Source of the DNA: an uncultured Ruminococcus sp.
GTDB taxonomy: Bacteria > Bacillota > Clostridia > Oscillospirales > Acutalibacteraceae
Assembly (NCBI GenBank): GCA_900539465.1
Contig: UQCF01000010.1
Span: 20,515-84,514, forward strand
DNA: 64,000 nucleotides
Direction of reading: 5' to 3'
Below the pieces are notes generated by a model, which worked only from the letters and a program-made list of their open reading frames with translations, was not told the DNA's origin and searched no databases. Below, one piece after another: positions 11,306 through 20,630 of this stretch; within the stretch, counting starts at the first letter, position 1, and every line of letters starts with the position of its first letter. The translations under genes and the position numbers were made by a program.

Positions 11306-11315
11306 TACAGCATAA

Positions 11316-11351
11316 TAAAGCACCGAATCTTTGCGATTCGGTGCTTTGTTT
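11316..11351. terminator. Rho-independent terminator between convergent genes
   Basis: 10-bp perfect stem GCACCGAATC/GATTCGGTGC with loop TTTGC, followed by TTTGTTT. Flanked by A-run on the other side, so it could serve both strands. Confidence 0.5.
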
Positions 11352-11377
11352 GACCCGTGCAGAGCGCGTTTTATATT

Positions 11378-11809
11378 TCAGATATTGTTTATCATTTCTA
11401 CTCTTCTTGCATGACGGCCGCCCTCAAATTCTCCTGAGAGCCAAGTATCAACTATCATCAATGCAAGGTCGAGACCTACTACCCGCGACCCGAAAGCGAG
11501 TATGTTGGTATCGTTATGCTGTCTTGAAAGCAATGCGGAATAAGGCTCGCTGCAAACGACCGCGCGCACGCCTTTGACCTTGTTTGCGGCAAGTGAAATT
11601 CCGACGCCCGTGCCGCAAATAAGTATGCCTTTATCACATTCGCCTTTGGCGACTGCCTCTCCGACAGCCTTACCGTATATGGGATAATCGGTTCTTTCGG
11701 TGCTGTTTGTGCCGAAATCAACAACCTCTATGCCCTTTTCTTTAAGATGCTCAATCACTTTCATTTTGTATTCAAATCCTACATGATCGCATCCTATGGC
11801 AATCTTCAT
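11378..11809 (-). CDS. rpiB: Ribose-5-phosphate isomerase B / allose-6-phosphate isomerase
   Basis: MKIAIGCDHVGFEYK..GILICGTGVGISLAANKV RpiB/LacAB family. Start at ATG 11809 with GGAG RBS. Confidence 0.85.
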   Translation of the reverse strand: MKIAIGCDHVGFEYKMKVIEHLKEKGIEVVDFGTNSTERTDYPIYGKAVGEAVAKGECDKGILICGTGVGISLAANKVKGVRAVVCSEPYSALLSRQHNDTNILAFGSRVVGLDLALMIVDTWLSGEFEGGRHARRVEMINNI

Positions 11810-11879
11810 AATAATTTCTCCTTTTACAGGCGATATGCGGAGCATAAAGCTCCACATACCGTCATAATTATTGCTTTAA

Positions 11880-12863
11880 TTATTGAGCGCTGTCTTTTGT
11901 AACAACGTATGAATCAACGGGAATTGTCTCTGCGGTTGCGTTAGAATCAATCTTCTCGCCGTCTTTAACCGACTTGATCATGCGGCGGAGTGAAGTTGCG
12001 CCTATTTCTGCGGAGTTCTGTGCTACCGTTGCAGAAAGCTCGCCTGCTTTTACGCTTTCGAGAGCTTCTGCCGCGCCGTCGGTGCCGACTACAAGAATCT
12101 GACCGAGCTTGCCTGCGTTTTTAACTGCCTGAAGTGCGCCAAGTGCCATTGTATCGTTGCAGCAATAAATTGCTTTGAGGTTCGGATTTGACTGAAGCAT
12201 GCTTGCTGCCGTGTCAAGAGCCTTCTGTCTGTCCCAGTCTGCGGGCTGTGAAGCAACGAGTTTTACCTGAGATGCAGCTTTAAATGTATTCTCTGCGCCT
12301 GTTTTGCGAGCCTCGCCCGAAGCGTTGCCTGCCTTGCCCTCGATGATGGCTACTTCGCCGCCGTCTTTAAGGTTGTCAAGGATATACTGAGCGCCCTTTT
12401 CGCCGACCTTTTCGTTGTCGGTTGTTGCAAACGCTATAACGCTGCCGCCTGCTGCTTTAAGGCTGTCCATGTCGATTTTTTCATCAATATTCATAACATA
12501 GATGCCCTTTTGATTTGCCTGAACTATGCCGTTAATGAGGTTTGTGGGTGAAAGAGGAGCAACACCGATTGCCTTGTAGCCTTTGTTTATGCAGTTCTCA
12601 AGAATTTTGAGCTGACCTTCTGTGTCTTCCTCTGTGTTTGCGGCAAATACGTCAACCGTAACGCCCTGCTTTTTGGCTTCTTCTTCAATTCCGGCTTTCA
12701 TTTTTGCCCAGAAGTCGTTTGAAAGAGGTTTAAGAATTATTGCGTACTCTGCGCCTGAGTTTCCGCCGCTGCTGCTGTCATCTTTTGAGCCGCAGCCTGT
12801 GAGAACGAGTGTGAATACTGCTATTGCAGCGAGAACGATAGCTATCAATCTTTTGGTTTTCAT
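11880..12863 (-). CDS. Sugar ABC transporter substrate-binding lipoprotein (RbsB/AlsB-like)
   Basis: Lipobox LTGCGS; periplasmic-binding-protein fold of the ribose/allose type. Confidence 0.75.
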   Translation of the reverse strand: MKTKRLIAIVLAAIAVFTLVLTGCGSKDDSSSGGNSGAEYAIILKPLSNDFWAKMKAGIEEEAKKQGVTVDVFAANTEEDTEGQLKILENCINKGYKAIGVAPLSPTNLINGIVQANQKGIYVMNIDEKIDMDSLKAAGGSVIAFATTDNEKVGEKGAQYILDNLKDGGEVAIIEGKAGNASGEARKTGAENTFKAASQVKLVASQPADWDRQKALDTAASMLQSNPNLKAIYCCNDTMALGALQAVKNAGKLGQILVVGTDGAAEALESVKAGELSATVAQNSAEIGATSLRRMIKSVKDGEKIDSNATAETIPVDSYVVTKDSAQ

Positions 12864-12909
12864 AATAATTTCCTTTCTTTAATAAGAATTATATTTAACG
12901 GTAATGCCG

Positions 12910-13824
12910 TCAAACACCTTTGATTTTGGAATGAGCAAACATTCCGCTTCCATAGATTCCGCTTTGCTGGTCATGCTCCGAAAAGCGAATATCCAAATTT
13001 TTTTCGGGATAGGGTTTTCTTGTTTTATTATGGATTGATTTAACAAGAATATCTTTGGGGAAATTTTCCATAAATAAAACGCCGCCTGCAAGAATCGAAT
13101 AATCCGGGTCAAGAATATTGATTTCTGTTGCTATGGGTATTGCGAGGTCTTCGACGTATTTTATCAGTATCGGGTCGTCCGCATGGTATTTGAATACGTC
13201 TTTGATTTCTGTATCGGGGAAATACTTCTGCGCTAAGAACTCTAAATATTTACCCGAACATCTGGTTTCGGAGCAACCTACATTTCCGCAGGTGCAAACG
13301 TCTTTTATATCTATAAACGGTATGTGTCCGAGCTCGCCCGCCGCACCGTTTTTGCCGGCATACAGGCTTCCGTTTATATATATCGCATTGCCGAATCCCG
13401 TGCCGACATAAAAGCCGAGCACTGTTTTGCTTTTATCAACGTTCAATTTGTTGATGTCGTTCATCAAAAGGAAGTTAACGTCTCTGTCAAGATACACCGG
13501 CAAGCCGAGCTTTTCGCCGAGTATGTCGCTGAATCTGATATTATTAAATCCTCTTAGGTTCGGGGTCGAAATTATAACCTTTTTGTCTTTGCTGACTATT
13601 GAGGGTATTCCGACGGCAACCGCTTTGACTGAATCGGTTATGCCGTAGCGTTTCATATAGGAGATTATATTCTCATATATAGTCTCTACAACATCTCCCT
13701 CGTCAAACACTCTGCTTGAATTTTTTTCAAAATTCAGCACCCTGCCGCCCTCGGTGACAGTGCCTATTCTGAAATTTGTGCCGCCGATGTCAATGCCGAT
13801 GGTATAATTCTCCATTTGATACAC
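12910..13824 (-). CDS. ROK family sugar kinase (allose kinase-like)
   Basis: GIDIGGTNFRIG ATP-binding motif and the ROK zinc motif CTCGNVGCSE. Confidence 0.75.
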   Translation of the reverse strand: MYQMENYTIGIDIGGTNFRIGTVTEGGRVLNFEKNSSRVFDEGDVVETIYENIISYMKRYGITDSVKAVAVGIPSIVSKDKKVIISTPNLRGFNNIRFSDILGEKLGLPVYLDRDVNFLLMNDINKLNVDKSKTVLGFYVGTGFGNAIYINGSLYAGKNGAAGELGHIPFIDIKDVCTCGNVGCSETRCSGKYLEFLAQKYFPDTEIKDVFKYHADDPILIKYVEDLAIPIATEINILDPDYSILAGGVLFMENFPKDILVKSIHNKTRKPYPEKNLDIRFSEHDQQSGIYGSGMFAHSKIKGV

Positions 13825-13845
13825 CTCCTTATGTCGGTCGTTTTT

Positions 13846-14529
13846 TTAAAATTCTGCGCCGGTCTGCTCTTTAAACTCATCGAGCATAATATCCCATGCC
13901 TTTTTGAGATCCGGGTCTTTTGAAAACAGCCCCGACGAACCTACTATAAAAACTTCCGTTCCCGCGTCATAAAGACGTTTAAACGTTTTTTGATTGCACG
14001 AGCCGTCAACCTCTATAATATAATGGTAGCCGTTCTCTTCGCGAATCTGTTTTGCTTCGCGGATTTTATCGAGCATTTCTTCTATAAACGGCTGACCTGC
14101 AAAGCCCGGGTCAACAGACATCAATGTGAGCTTATCAATTCTGCCGATATAGTGCTTTATTGCCGAAAGCGGAGTTGAGGGACTTAGCACAACGCCTTTT
14201 TTGCAGCCCAACGACTCTATTTTGTTCATTATGCGAAAAGCATCGTTTACAATGGTCTCTGCATGGGGGCAAATATAGCCTGCCCCCGATTTTGCAAGAA
14301 CCTCAATATAATCATCCGGGTCGGTGACCATCAGGTGACAGTCAATCGGCTTTTTGGCGATGGTTGAAAACGCCTTTACAAAATCCGGAGATAAGGTGAT
14401 GTTTTTTACGAAGTGACCGTCCATAATATCCACATGATACAGGTCGCATCTCTCATTTAAAATCTCTGTCTGATTTTTAATGTCGAGCAAATCCATGCAC
14501 ATGAGCGACGGGTTAAACATTGGTTTCAT
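13846..14529 (-). CDS. alsE: D-allulose-6-phosphate 3-epimerase
   Basis: Close full-length match to E. coli AlsE: SLMCMDLL, VDIMDGHFV, DCHLMVT, VDPGFAGQPFI, EVDGSCNQ. RBS GGAGTG upstream of ATG 14529. Confidence 0.85.
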   Translation of the reverse strand: MKPMFNPSLMCMDLLDIKNQTEILNERCDLYHVDIMDGHFVKNITLSPDFVKAFSTIAKKPIDCHLMVTDPDDYIEVLAKSGAGYICPHAETIVNDAFRIMNKIESLGCKKGVVLSPSTPLSAIKHYIGRIDKLTLMSVDPGFAGQPFIEEMLDKIREAKQIREENGYHYIIEVDGSCNQKTFKRLYDAGTEVFIVGSSGLFSKDPDLKKAWDIMLDEFKEQTGAEF

Positions 14530-14550
14530 AAAGTATCACTCCAAAATCAA

Positions 14551-15537
14551 TTATTTTTTGCGTGCTACGAAGCGGTCAAGCGCAACGGAGCCGATTATGA
14601 GCAAGCCCATAACAACCTGCTGCCATACGCTCGGTACTGCAAGAATGTTGAGGCCGTAGTTGATAACGCCGATGATGAAACCGCCCATTACAACGCCGAA
14701 TATCTTACCTTTGCCGCCGAAGAAGCTTGTGCCGCCGATGATTGACGCTGCAATTGCGTAGGTGTCAAAGCCTGTTGCGGCTGCCGGTTCGGCAGAGCCT
14801 ACGCGGCCGAGAAGAACGATACCCGCTATACCGGCGCATATGCCGGAGATTATGAATACGATAAGCGTATGCATTTTAACATTGATACCCGAGTACCAAG
14901 CGGACTCTTTGTTGCCGCCGAGTGCGTAAATGTTTCTGCCGAGTTTTGTCTTTTTGGTGAGGAAAGAGAGAACAAGTGCCACGGCTATTGCGATAATTGC
15001 AACTATCGGCAGAATATCAAATATTCTGTAAGAAATAACCTTTGTGAATGATGCGGGGAATCCGAAAACTGCGCTTGAATTTGAAATAATAAGCGTTACG
15101 CCTCTGAATATTGACTGTGTACCGAGGGTTATAATGAACGGGTGAAGACCTGTAACATTTACAAGTGCTCCGTTTATAAATCCGAGTACACCGCCGAACA
15201 GCACACCTAAAACAACCGCGAGCAAGGGGTTGATGCCTGCCACCATCATTTGTGCCGAAAGCATACCTGTCAGAGCCACTACCGAGCCTACCGAAAGGTC
15301 AATGCCGGCTATCAATATTGCGAAGAACTCGCCCATTGCGATGAGGATATTAACCGAACTTTGCGAAAGGATCTGCGTGAGAGTTGCCGTTGAGAAGAAG
15401 GTTTTGGGTCTCATTATTGCAAGAATTAACAGCAGCAATACCAAGATTCCCATTGTTCCGTATTTTTGCCAAATTGAATTAAAAGTTACTTTTTCTTTTT
15501 TCTTTGGAGCAGCTAACTTTTTAGTCATTTTGTTCAC
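14551..15537 (-). CDS. Sugar ABC transporter permease (RbsC/AlsC-like)
   Basis: 328 aa, about 10 TM helices, branched-chain/ribose permease family architecture. Confidence 0.8.
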   Translation of the reverse strand: MNKMTKKLAAPKKKEKVTFNSIWQKYGTMGILVLLLLILAIMRPKTFFSTATLTQILSQSSVNILIAMGEFFAILIAGIDLSVGSVVALTGMLSAQMMVAGINPLLAVVLGVLFGGVLGFINGALVNVTGLHPFIITLGTQSIFRGVTLIISNSSAVFGFPASFTKVISYRIFDILPIVAIIAIAVALVLSFLTKKTKLGRNIYALGGNKESAWYSGINVKMHTLIVFIISGICAGIAGIVLLGRVGSAEPAAATGFDTYAIAASIIGGTSFFGGKGKIFGVVMGGFIIGVINYGLNILAVPSVWQQVVMGLLIIGSVALDRFVARKK

Positions 15538-15550
15538 ATTCCTTTCTGAG

Positions 15551-17077
15551 TTAAGCTATATCCGCAGTGGACGCTTTAATAATATTTTCTTCTGTTGCTT
15601 CTTTATGGTTGAAGCTTTTAACGATTTTGCCATCGCGGAACACTTTGATTGTGTCGCACACGGCGAGAAGCTCCGTAAGCTCTGAGGACACAACCAAAAC
15701 GCCTTTGCCCTCGTCTGCAAGCTTACGCATCAAAACGTAAATCTCGCTTTTACTGCCAATGTCTATGCCTTTTGTCGGCTCGTCAAATATTATTATTTGC
15801 GAATCTGCCGCGAGCCATTTGCCGAGAATAACCTTTTGCTGGTTACCGCCGGAGAGCTCCGTTATTCCCTGGTCTACCGAATAGCATTTGATGTTAAGGC
15901 TTTGTTTTTGCTCTTCGGCGCATTTCTTTTCATACTTGTCGCTTATAAGTCCGCCTGCTCCGCCCATTGAGGAGCTTTTGATAAACGGCAAAATCGAGAT
16001 GTTTTGCTTAATATCAAAGTTGTGGAAGAAGCCTGTTTCACGTCTGTTTTCGGTTACCATTGCAAGACCGTTTTTAATAGCGGAATAAGGGCTCCTGATA
16101 TTGACCTTTTTGCCGCCGATAAAAATTTCGCCTGCCGATTTCGGTTCCGCACCGAAAATCGCATTCATCATTTCACTTCTGCCCGAACCGACAAGACCCG
16201 AGAAGCCGAGAATTTCGCCGCGGTGAAGCTTAAAAGAAACATCTTTAACTCTGCCGTCTTTTCTTGAAAGACCCTTCACCTCAAATATGACCTCTTCGTT
16301 GTCATAATTTTCGGGGGCGTCTTCATGCTGGTAGGTGTTTTTAACCGTTCTGCCTACCATCATGGTTACAAGGTCGTCAACCGTTACATCGCTGACGTTT
16401 CTTGTGCCGACGTAAGCACCGTCTTTAAGAACCGTTACCCTGTCGCCGATCTCTTTAATCTCTGCAAGCTTATGAGAAATAAAGACTATGCCTTTGCCCT
16501 CTTCTTTCAAAGCTCTTATAACTTTGAAAAGATGCTCAACCTCTGTCTCTGTGAGCGAGGTTGTGGGCTCGTCCATAACAATGACCTTGCTGTCTGCCGC
16601 AAGAGCCTTTGCAATCTCTACCTGCTGCTTTTCAGAAACACTGATGTCTTCAACAAAGGTTTTTGGGTCGCGCTTTAATCCGATTTTTGCCAAAAGCTCT
16701 TTTGCTTTTTTGTTCATTTCGGCATAATCCACAACAGAGGCTATGCCGACCTTTTTCATCGGTAATTTGCCGACAAATAAATTTTCCTGAATTGAAAGCT
16801 CGTTTATAACGCTGAGCTCCTGATAAATAACGCTGATACCGTTTTCATACGAATCTTTTGGGGTGAGCTTTGAATACTCCTTGCCGCCGATTACGATTGT
16901 TCCCTCGGTAGGTTGGTAAACACCGGATAAAATTTTCATCAAAGTTGATTTGCCTGCTCCGTTTTCGCCGAGCAAAACATGAACCTCACCGGGCTGAATA
17001 TCAAATGAAATATCTTTCAAGGCTGTTACACCGGGGAATTTTTTTACTACCCCTTTCATTTCAACGAGTGCGCTCAT
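15551..17077 (-). CDS. Sugar ABC transporter ATP-binding protein with duplicated ABC domains (RbsA/AlsA-like)
   Basis: Two Walker A sites (GENGAGKSTL and GLVGSGRSE) and two signature motifs; 508 aa. Confidence 0.85.
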   Translation of the reverse strand: MSALVEMKGVVKKFPGVTALKDISFDIQPGEVHVLLGENGAGKSTLMKILSGVYQPTEGTIVIGGKEYSKLTPKDSYENGISVIYQELSVINELSIQENLFVGKLPMKKVGIASVVDYAEMNKKAKELLAKIGLKRDPKTFVEDISVSEKQQVEIAKALAADSKVIVMDEPTTSLTETEVEHLFKVIRALKEEGKGIVFISHKLAEIKEIGDRVTVLKDGAYVGTRNVSDVTVDDLVTMMVGRTVKNTYQHEDAPENYDNEEVIFEVKGLSRKDGRVKDVSFKLHRGEILGFSGLVGSGRSEMMNAIFGAEPKSAGEIFIGGKKVNIRSPYSAIKNGLAMVTENRRETGFFHNFDIKQNISILPFIKSSSMGGAGGLISDKYEKKCAEEQKQSLNIKCYSVDQGITELSGGNQQKVILGKWLAADSQIIIFDEPTKGIDIGSKSEIYVLMRKLADEGKGVLVVSSELTELLAVCDTIKVFRDGKIVKSFNHKEATEENIIKASTADIA

Positions 17078-17135
17078 ATCAACCTTCCTTTCTGGCTATA
17101 ATATTAAAGCAATAATGTAAAAATTTGGTTATAAT

Positions 17136-17157
17136 ATTGAGTAAAGGTTTACTCAAT
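17136..17157. promoter_or_regulatory. Candidate LacI-family operator
   Basis: Perfect inverted repeat ATTGAGTAAA-GG-TTTACTCAAT in the intergenic region between the LacI gene and the transporter operon. Confidence 0.35.
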
Positions 17158-17187
17158 ATGTATTAAAAAAAGAGTCAAGCTCCTTTT

Positions 17188-18198
17188 TTAAGTGTTTTTG
17201 GTGCTCTCTCTAACCGAGAGCTCAACCGGAATAATAAACTCCGGTGTTTTTTTGATTTTATCGACAATCATCTGCATAAGAATTTCGACTGATTTTTGAC
17301 CGATTTTTTCGGTATTCTGAACTACAGTTGTAATCGGAGGGTCCGAAATCTCTGCCGAACGTATGCCGTCAAATCCGACAAGCTTTACATCTTCGGGTAC
17401 TCGCCTGCCCCTGTCTTTGAGTCCTCGCAAAACACCGAGAGCCATTGTGTCAGTATTGCAAAAAACCGCGTCAAACTCAATTTCTTTATCAATAACCTTT
17501 TTTATTGTTTCACAAGCATCCTCATATGATACCTTGCAGTTGATTATTCGTTCGTTATCTATCGGAATATTGTAGCGTTTATGAGCTTCAAGATATCCGT
17601 TCATACGGTCGTTAACCGTGTTAAACTCGTTGGTATCTTTTATCATCAGAATTTTTCGGCAGCCTCTTTTAATAAGCTCCTCCGTTGCGAGGAAGCCGCC
17701 CATCAGGTTATCGGAGGCAACAAGGTTTGAATTTATACCGGGCCCGCGGTCTATATAAACAACAGGAACGGTGAAGTCCTTTTCTATATCGTCAACCGAC
17801 CTTCTTGTGCTGATATAAATTATGCCGTCAACACCTTTGGTCTGCAATGAATTTATGTGGTAATCTTCAAACTTTATATCCTCGTTTGAGTCGCAGACAA
17901 AAACATTATAACCGGATTTCATAAGCTCATGCTCTATTGCTCTGACTATCTGCGCGAAATATTCATTCGTAATATCGGGAATGATGACACCGACAGTGTT
18001 TGTGTGGTTTGTTCTGAGCCCTTGAGCGTTGGGATTGATTGTGTAGTTATACTTTTTTACAATATCCATTACGCGTTTTTCGGTCTCGGCAGAATACCGA
18101 CCGTTTTGGTTAAGTACCCTTGAAACAGTCGCTATCGAAACACCGGACATTTTCGCAATGTCCATCATAGAAATGTTTTTGTCATCCAATTTAATCAC
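17188..18198 (-). CDS. LacI family transcriptional regulator
   Basis: N-terminal HTH MMDIAKMSGVSIATVSRVLN plus a periplasmic-binding-like effector domain. Confidence 0.8.
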   Translation of the reverse strand: MIKLDDKNISMMDIAKMSGVSIATVSRVLNQNGRYSAETEKRVMDIVKKYNYTINPNAQGLRTNHTNTVGVIIPDITNEYFAQIVRAIEHELMKSGYNVFVCDSNEDIKFEDYHINSLQTKGVDGIIYISTRRSVDDIEKDFTVPVVYIDRGPGINSNLVASDNLMGGFLATEELIKRGCRKILMIKDTNEFNTVNDRMNGYLEAHKRYNIPIDNERIINCKVSYEDACETIKKVIDKEIEFDAVFCNTDTMALGVLRGLKDRGRRVPEDVKLVGFDGIRSAEISDPPITTVVQNTEKIGQKSVEILMQMIVDKIKKTPEFIIPVELSVRESTKNT

Positions 18199-18340
18199 CG
18201 CGTAATTCGTTTGGGTAATCGTTTACCCTGTGGCTACATCATAATACAGTGTTTTGATTTTGTCAACAGTTTTTTTTGGATATTTTTTAACTTTTTATAT
18301 ATTTTACAAAAAGCCCTCCGTCAATTGCAGCAATTTGACC

Positions 18341-18380
18341 AAACAAAAGCGACTGCAAAGATTCACAGCCGCTTTTATTT
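18341..18380. terminator. Hairpin terminator downstream of the BCCT transporter gene
   Basis: AAAAGCGACTG..CAGCCGCTTTT imperfect stem flanked by A-run and T-run. Confidence 0.4.
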
Positions 18381-18382
18381 GA

Positions 18383-19909
18383 TTATTTTGACTTTTCGTT
18401 CAAATATTTTTTGGCGTCTTTGACAAAGCTTGCCGCAATCATAATTATGACTATGCCTATCGGGAAAGCCGCAACAATACTAACCGACTGCAGGTTGCTC
18501 ATTGAGCTTTCTGCAAAAAGCAGAGCTATCGGCAGCATTATAAGAAGCAGACACCACATAAGCTGAATTGCTTTGTGCGGCTGCTCGTCATCACCGAGCT
18601 TTTTGTAGCTGTAGCACGCGGCGGTAAGGGCAATTGAATCAAAAGAGGTTGCATAAAAAGCAATCATTGCCGCCAAAACAACAATCATAATAAATTCAGC
18701 ACAAGGCATAGATTTCATCATAGAAACAATAAGAGCATAAATATCGCCGTCCGCATTGTATTGAGCGATAAAATCCGCCTCACACGACATTTGCTTGCCC
18801 ATAGAGAAATTGCCGAGAACAACAAAGCTCGCAAGAGTTGAACCGACACCGAAAGCATATCCGCCCAAAATGGTCTGCTTGACTGTTCTGCCCCTTGATA
18901 TGTTGCCGATAAAGAACGGTGCCGCAACACACCATACCATCCAGTATGCCCAATAATAGGTTGTCCAGTTCTGCGGAAAATCCGTCTTTCTCAACGGGTC
19001 AGTATATGTTGAAAGCTCAAAGAAATTCTGAACCATTTTGCCGAACGAGCTAAACCCGGTTTCGATTATATATCTTGTCTCTCCGCCAAAGAGCAGAACA
19101 AAGGTCAGCAATCCGAAGAAGAGAAATATGCAAAGCTTAGCCAAAATGCTTATGCCTTTGAAGCCGTGCAACAATGAGAAGGTATAAACAAAACAAGTCA
19201 CAATCAATATGATAACATTTATCAGCGTTACACTGACATTAAAGTGAAATATCTCTTTTATAATATTTGCCATGAGCGGCGTTGCAACACTGAATGTTGT
19301 GGCCGTACCGGCTATCAAAGCAAAAACCGCCAAAAGGTCTATGATTCTGCCGGCAAAACCGTCTGTGTGTTTGCCTAAAATCGGTCTGCAGGCTTCCGAA
19401 TATCTTTGCCTGTTTCTTTTGCGAACATGAAGCATAAAGCCGAATGCAACCGCCAAAACAAGATAAAACGCCCACGGAATAAAGCTCCAATGAAACAGCG
19501 GGAACACCCCTGCCCACTCCTGAACGCTGCCAAGCTCTTTTATATGCGGGTCCGTGGCATAAAGAACCCACTCCGAAAACGAATAAAACAAAATATCGGC
19601 GGCAAGTCCGCAAGTGAACATCATTGAACCCCATGTAAAGAACGAATACTTGGGTTTTTCATTCTCACCGCCCAAAACTATATTGCCGTATTTTGACATT
19701 GCAATATATATTGAAAGCAAGAATATTCCGAGACCGATAACCAGATAATATGTACCCATTGTGTTGCCGAAAAAATATCTTACCTGGCTCAGAACGGCGT
19801 TTGAGCGCTCCGGCAGAAAAAAGAACATTATGCAAAGACCGAGTATTATGGTCAGCGGCAAAAATGTTATCAGCCAATCCACTCTTTCTTTTTTATTTGT
19901 TTTTTTCAT
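18383..19909 (-). CDS. BCCT family (betaine/carnitine/choline) transporter
   Basis: 508 aa, 12 TM helices, BCCT signature region FTWGSMMFTCGLAADILFY. Confidence 0.8.
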   Translation of the reverse strand: MKKTNKKERVDWLITFLPLTIILGLCIMFFFLPERSNAVLSQVRYFFGNTMGTYYLVIGLGIFLLSIYIAMSKYGNIVLGGENEKPKYSFFTWGSMMFTCGLAADILFYSFSEWVLYATDPHIKELGSVQEWAGVFPLFHWSFIPWAFYLVLAVAFGFMLHVRKRNRQRYSEACRPILGKHTDGFAGRIIDLLAVFALIAGTATTFSVATPLMANIIKEIFHFNVSVTLINVIILIVTCFVYTFSLLHGFKGISILAKLCIFLFFGLLTFVLLFGGETRYIIETGFSSFGKMVQNFFELSTYTDPLRKTDFPQNWTTYYWAYWMVWCVAAPFFIGNISRGRTVKQTILGGYAFGVGSTLASFVVLGNFSMGKQMSCEADFIAQYNADGDIYALIVSMMKSMPCAEFIMIVVLAAMIAFYATSFDSIALTAACYSYKKLGDDEQPHKAIQLMWCLLLIMLPIALLFAESSMSNLQSVSIVAAFPIGIVIIMIAASFVKDAKKYLNEKSK

Positions 19910-20630
19910 ACGGTATTTCCTCCTTGATTTTTTTATAAGATAAATCCAACTTCATCAAATCATCCAGGCTGTCAATCTCAATAACGTCGCCGTAATTCAT
20001 CGGCCTTACCGTGAGATCATACTCATCAAAATGATTAAACATAACAACATCGTCCCAGTATATACCGCGGTTTTGCTTGTTTTCAAACTCAAGCTCAAGA
20101 TGCCTTTTCAGCTTTTTGCCGTCTTTCTCGGTCCAGCGCGATATGCTGAAAAGCTGCCAGCCTCTTTTTCCGCCGGTTCGGCTGCAGGAAACCACTTTTC
20201 CGTTTTCTACCTGCTGAAGCCACTCATCGGTTTCTCCGTCTGTCCATACGCTGTTGTATCCCGATTTTTCAAAATACGGTGAAAGCACATCATCGTTGTA
20301 TATTATTTGATCGCCGTCCAGAATCAGCGAATTTTCAAGATGCTCTCTTGCAACATACAGTGAAGAAATGTTGTTGCATGTGTCATAATAAGGATTTTCG
20401 ATAAGCTCTATTCCGCTGTATTCTCTTTTCAAAACATCAAATTTTTCTTTTAGATAGCCGACGACAATATATATTTCGTTAACACCGTTTTTGTGCAAAG
20501 CTTTTATGACAGAATCTATCATCCTTACCCCGTTGACTTTTATCAAGGGCTTCGGAGTTTCTTTGGTCACGGGCATAAGTCTGCTGCCAAACCCCGCCGC
20601 CATTATAACGGCTCTTTCCGCTTTATTCAT
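19893..20630 (-). CDS. LicC-like nucleotidyltransferase (CTP:phosphocholine cytidylyltransferase family)
   Basis: N-terminal AVIMAAGFGSRLMPVTKETPKPL nucleotide-sugar transferase motif. Overlaps both neighbouring genes. Confidence 0.7.
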   Translation of the reverse strand: MNKAERAVIMAAGFGSRLMPVTKETPKPLIKVNGVRMIDSVIKALHKNGVNEIYIVVGYLKEKFDVLKREYSGIELIENPYYDTCNNISSLYVAREHLENSLILDGDQIIYNDDVLSPYFEKSGYNSVWTDGETDEWLQQVENGKVVSCSRTGGKRGWQLFSISRWTEKDGKKLKRHLELEFENKQNRGIYWDDVVMFNHFDEYDLTVRPMNYGDVIEIDSLDDLMKLDLSYKKIKEEIPYEKNK

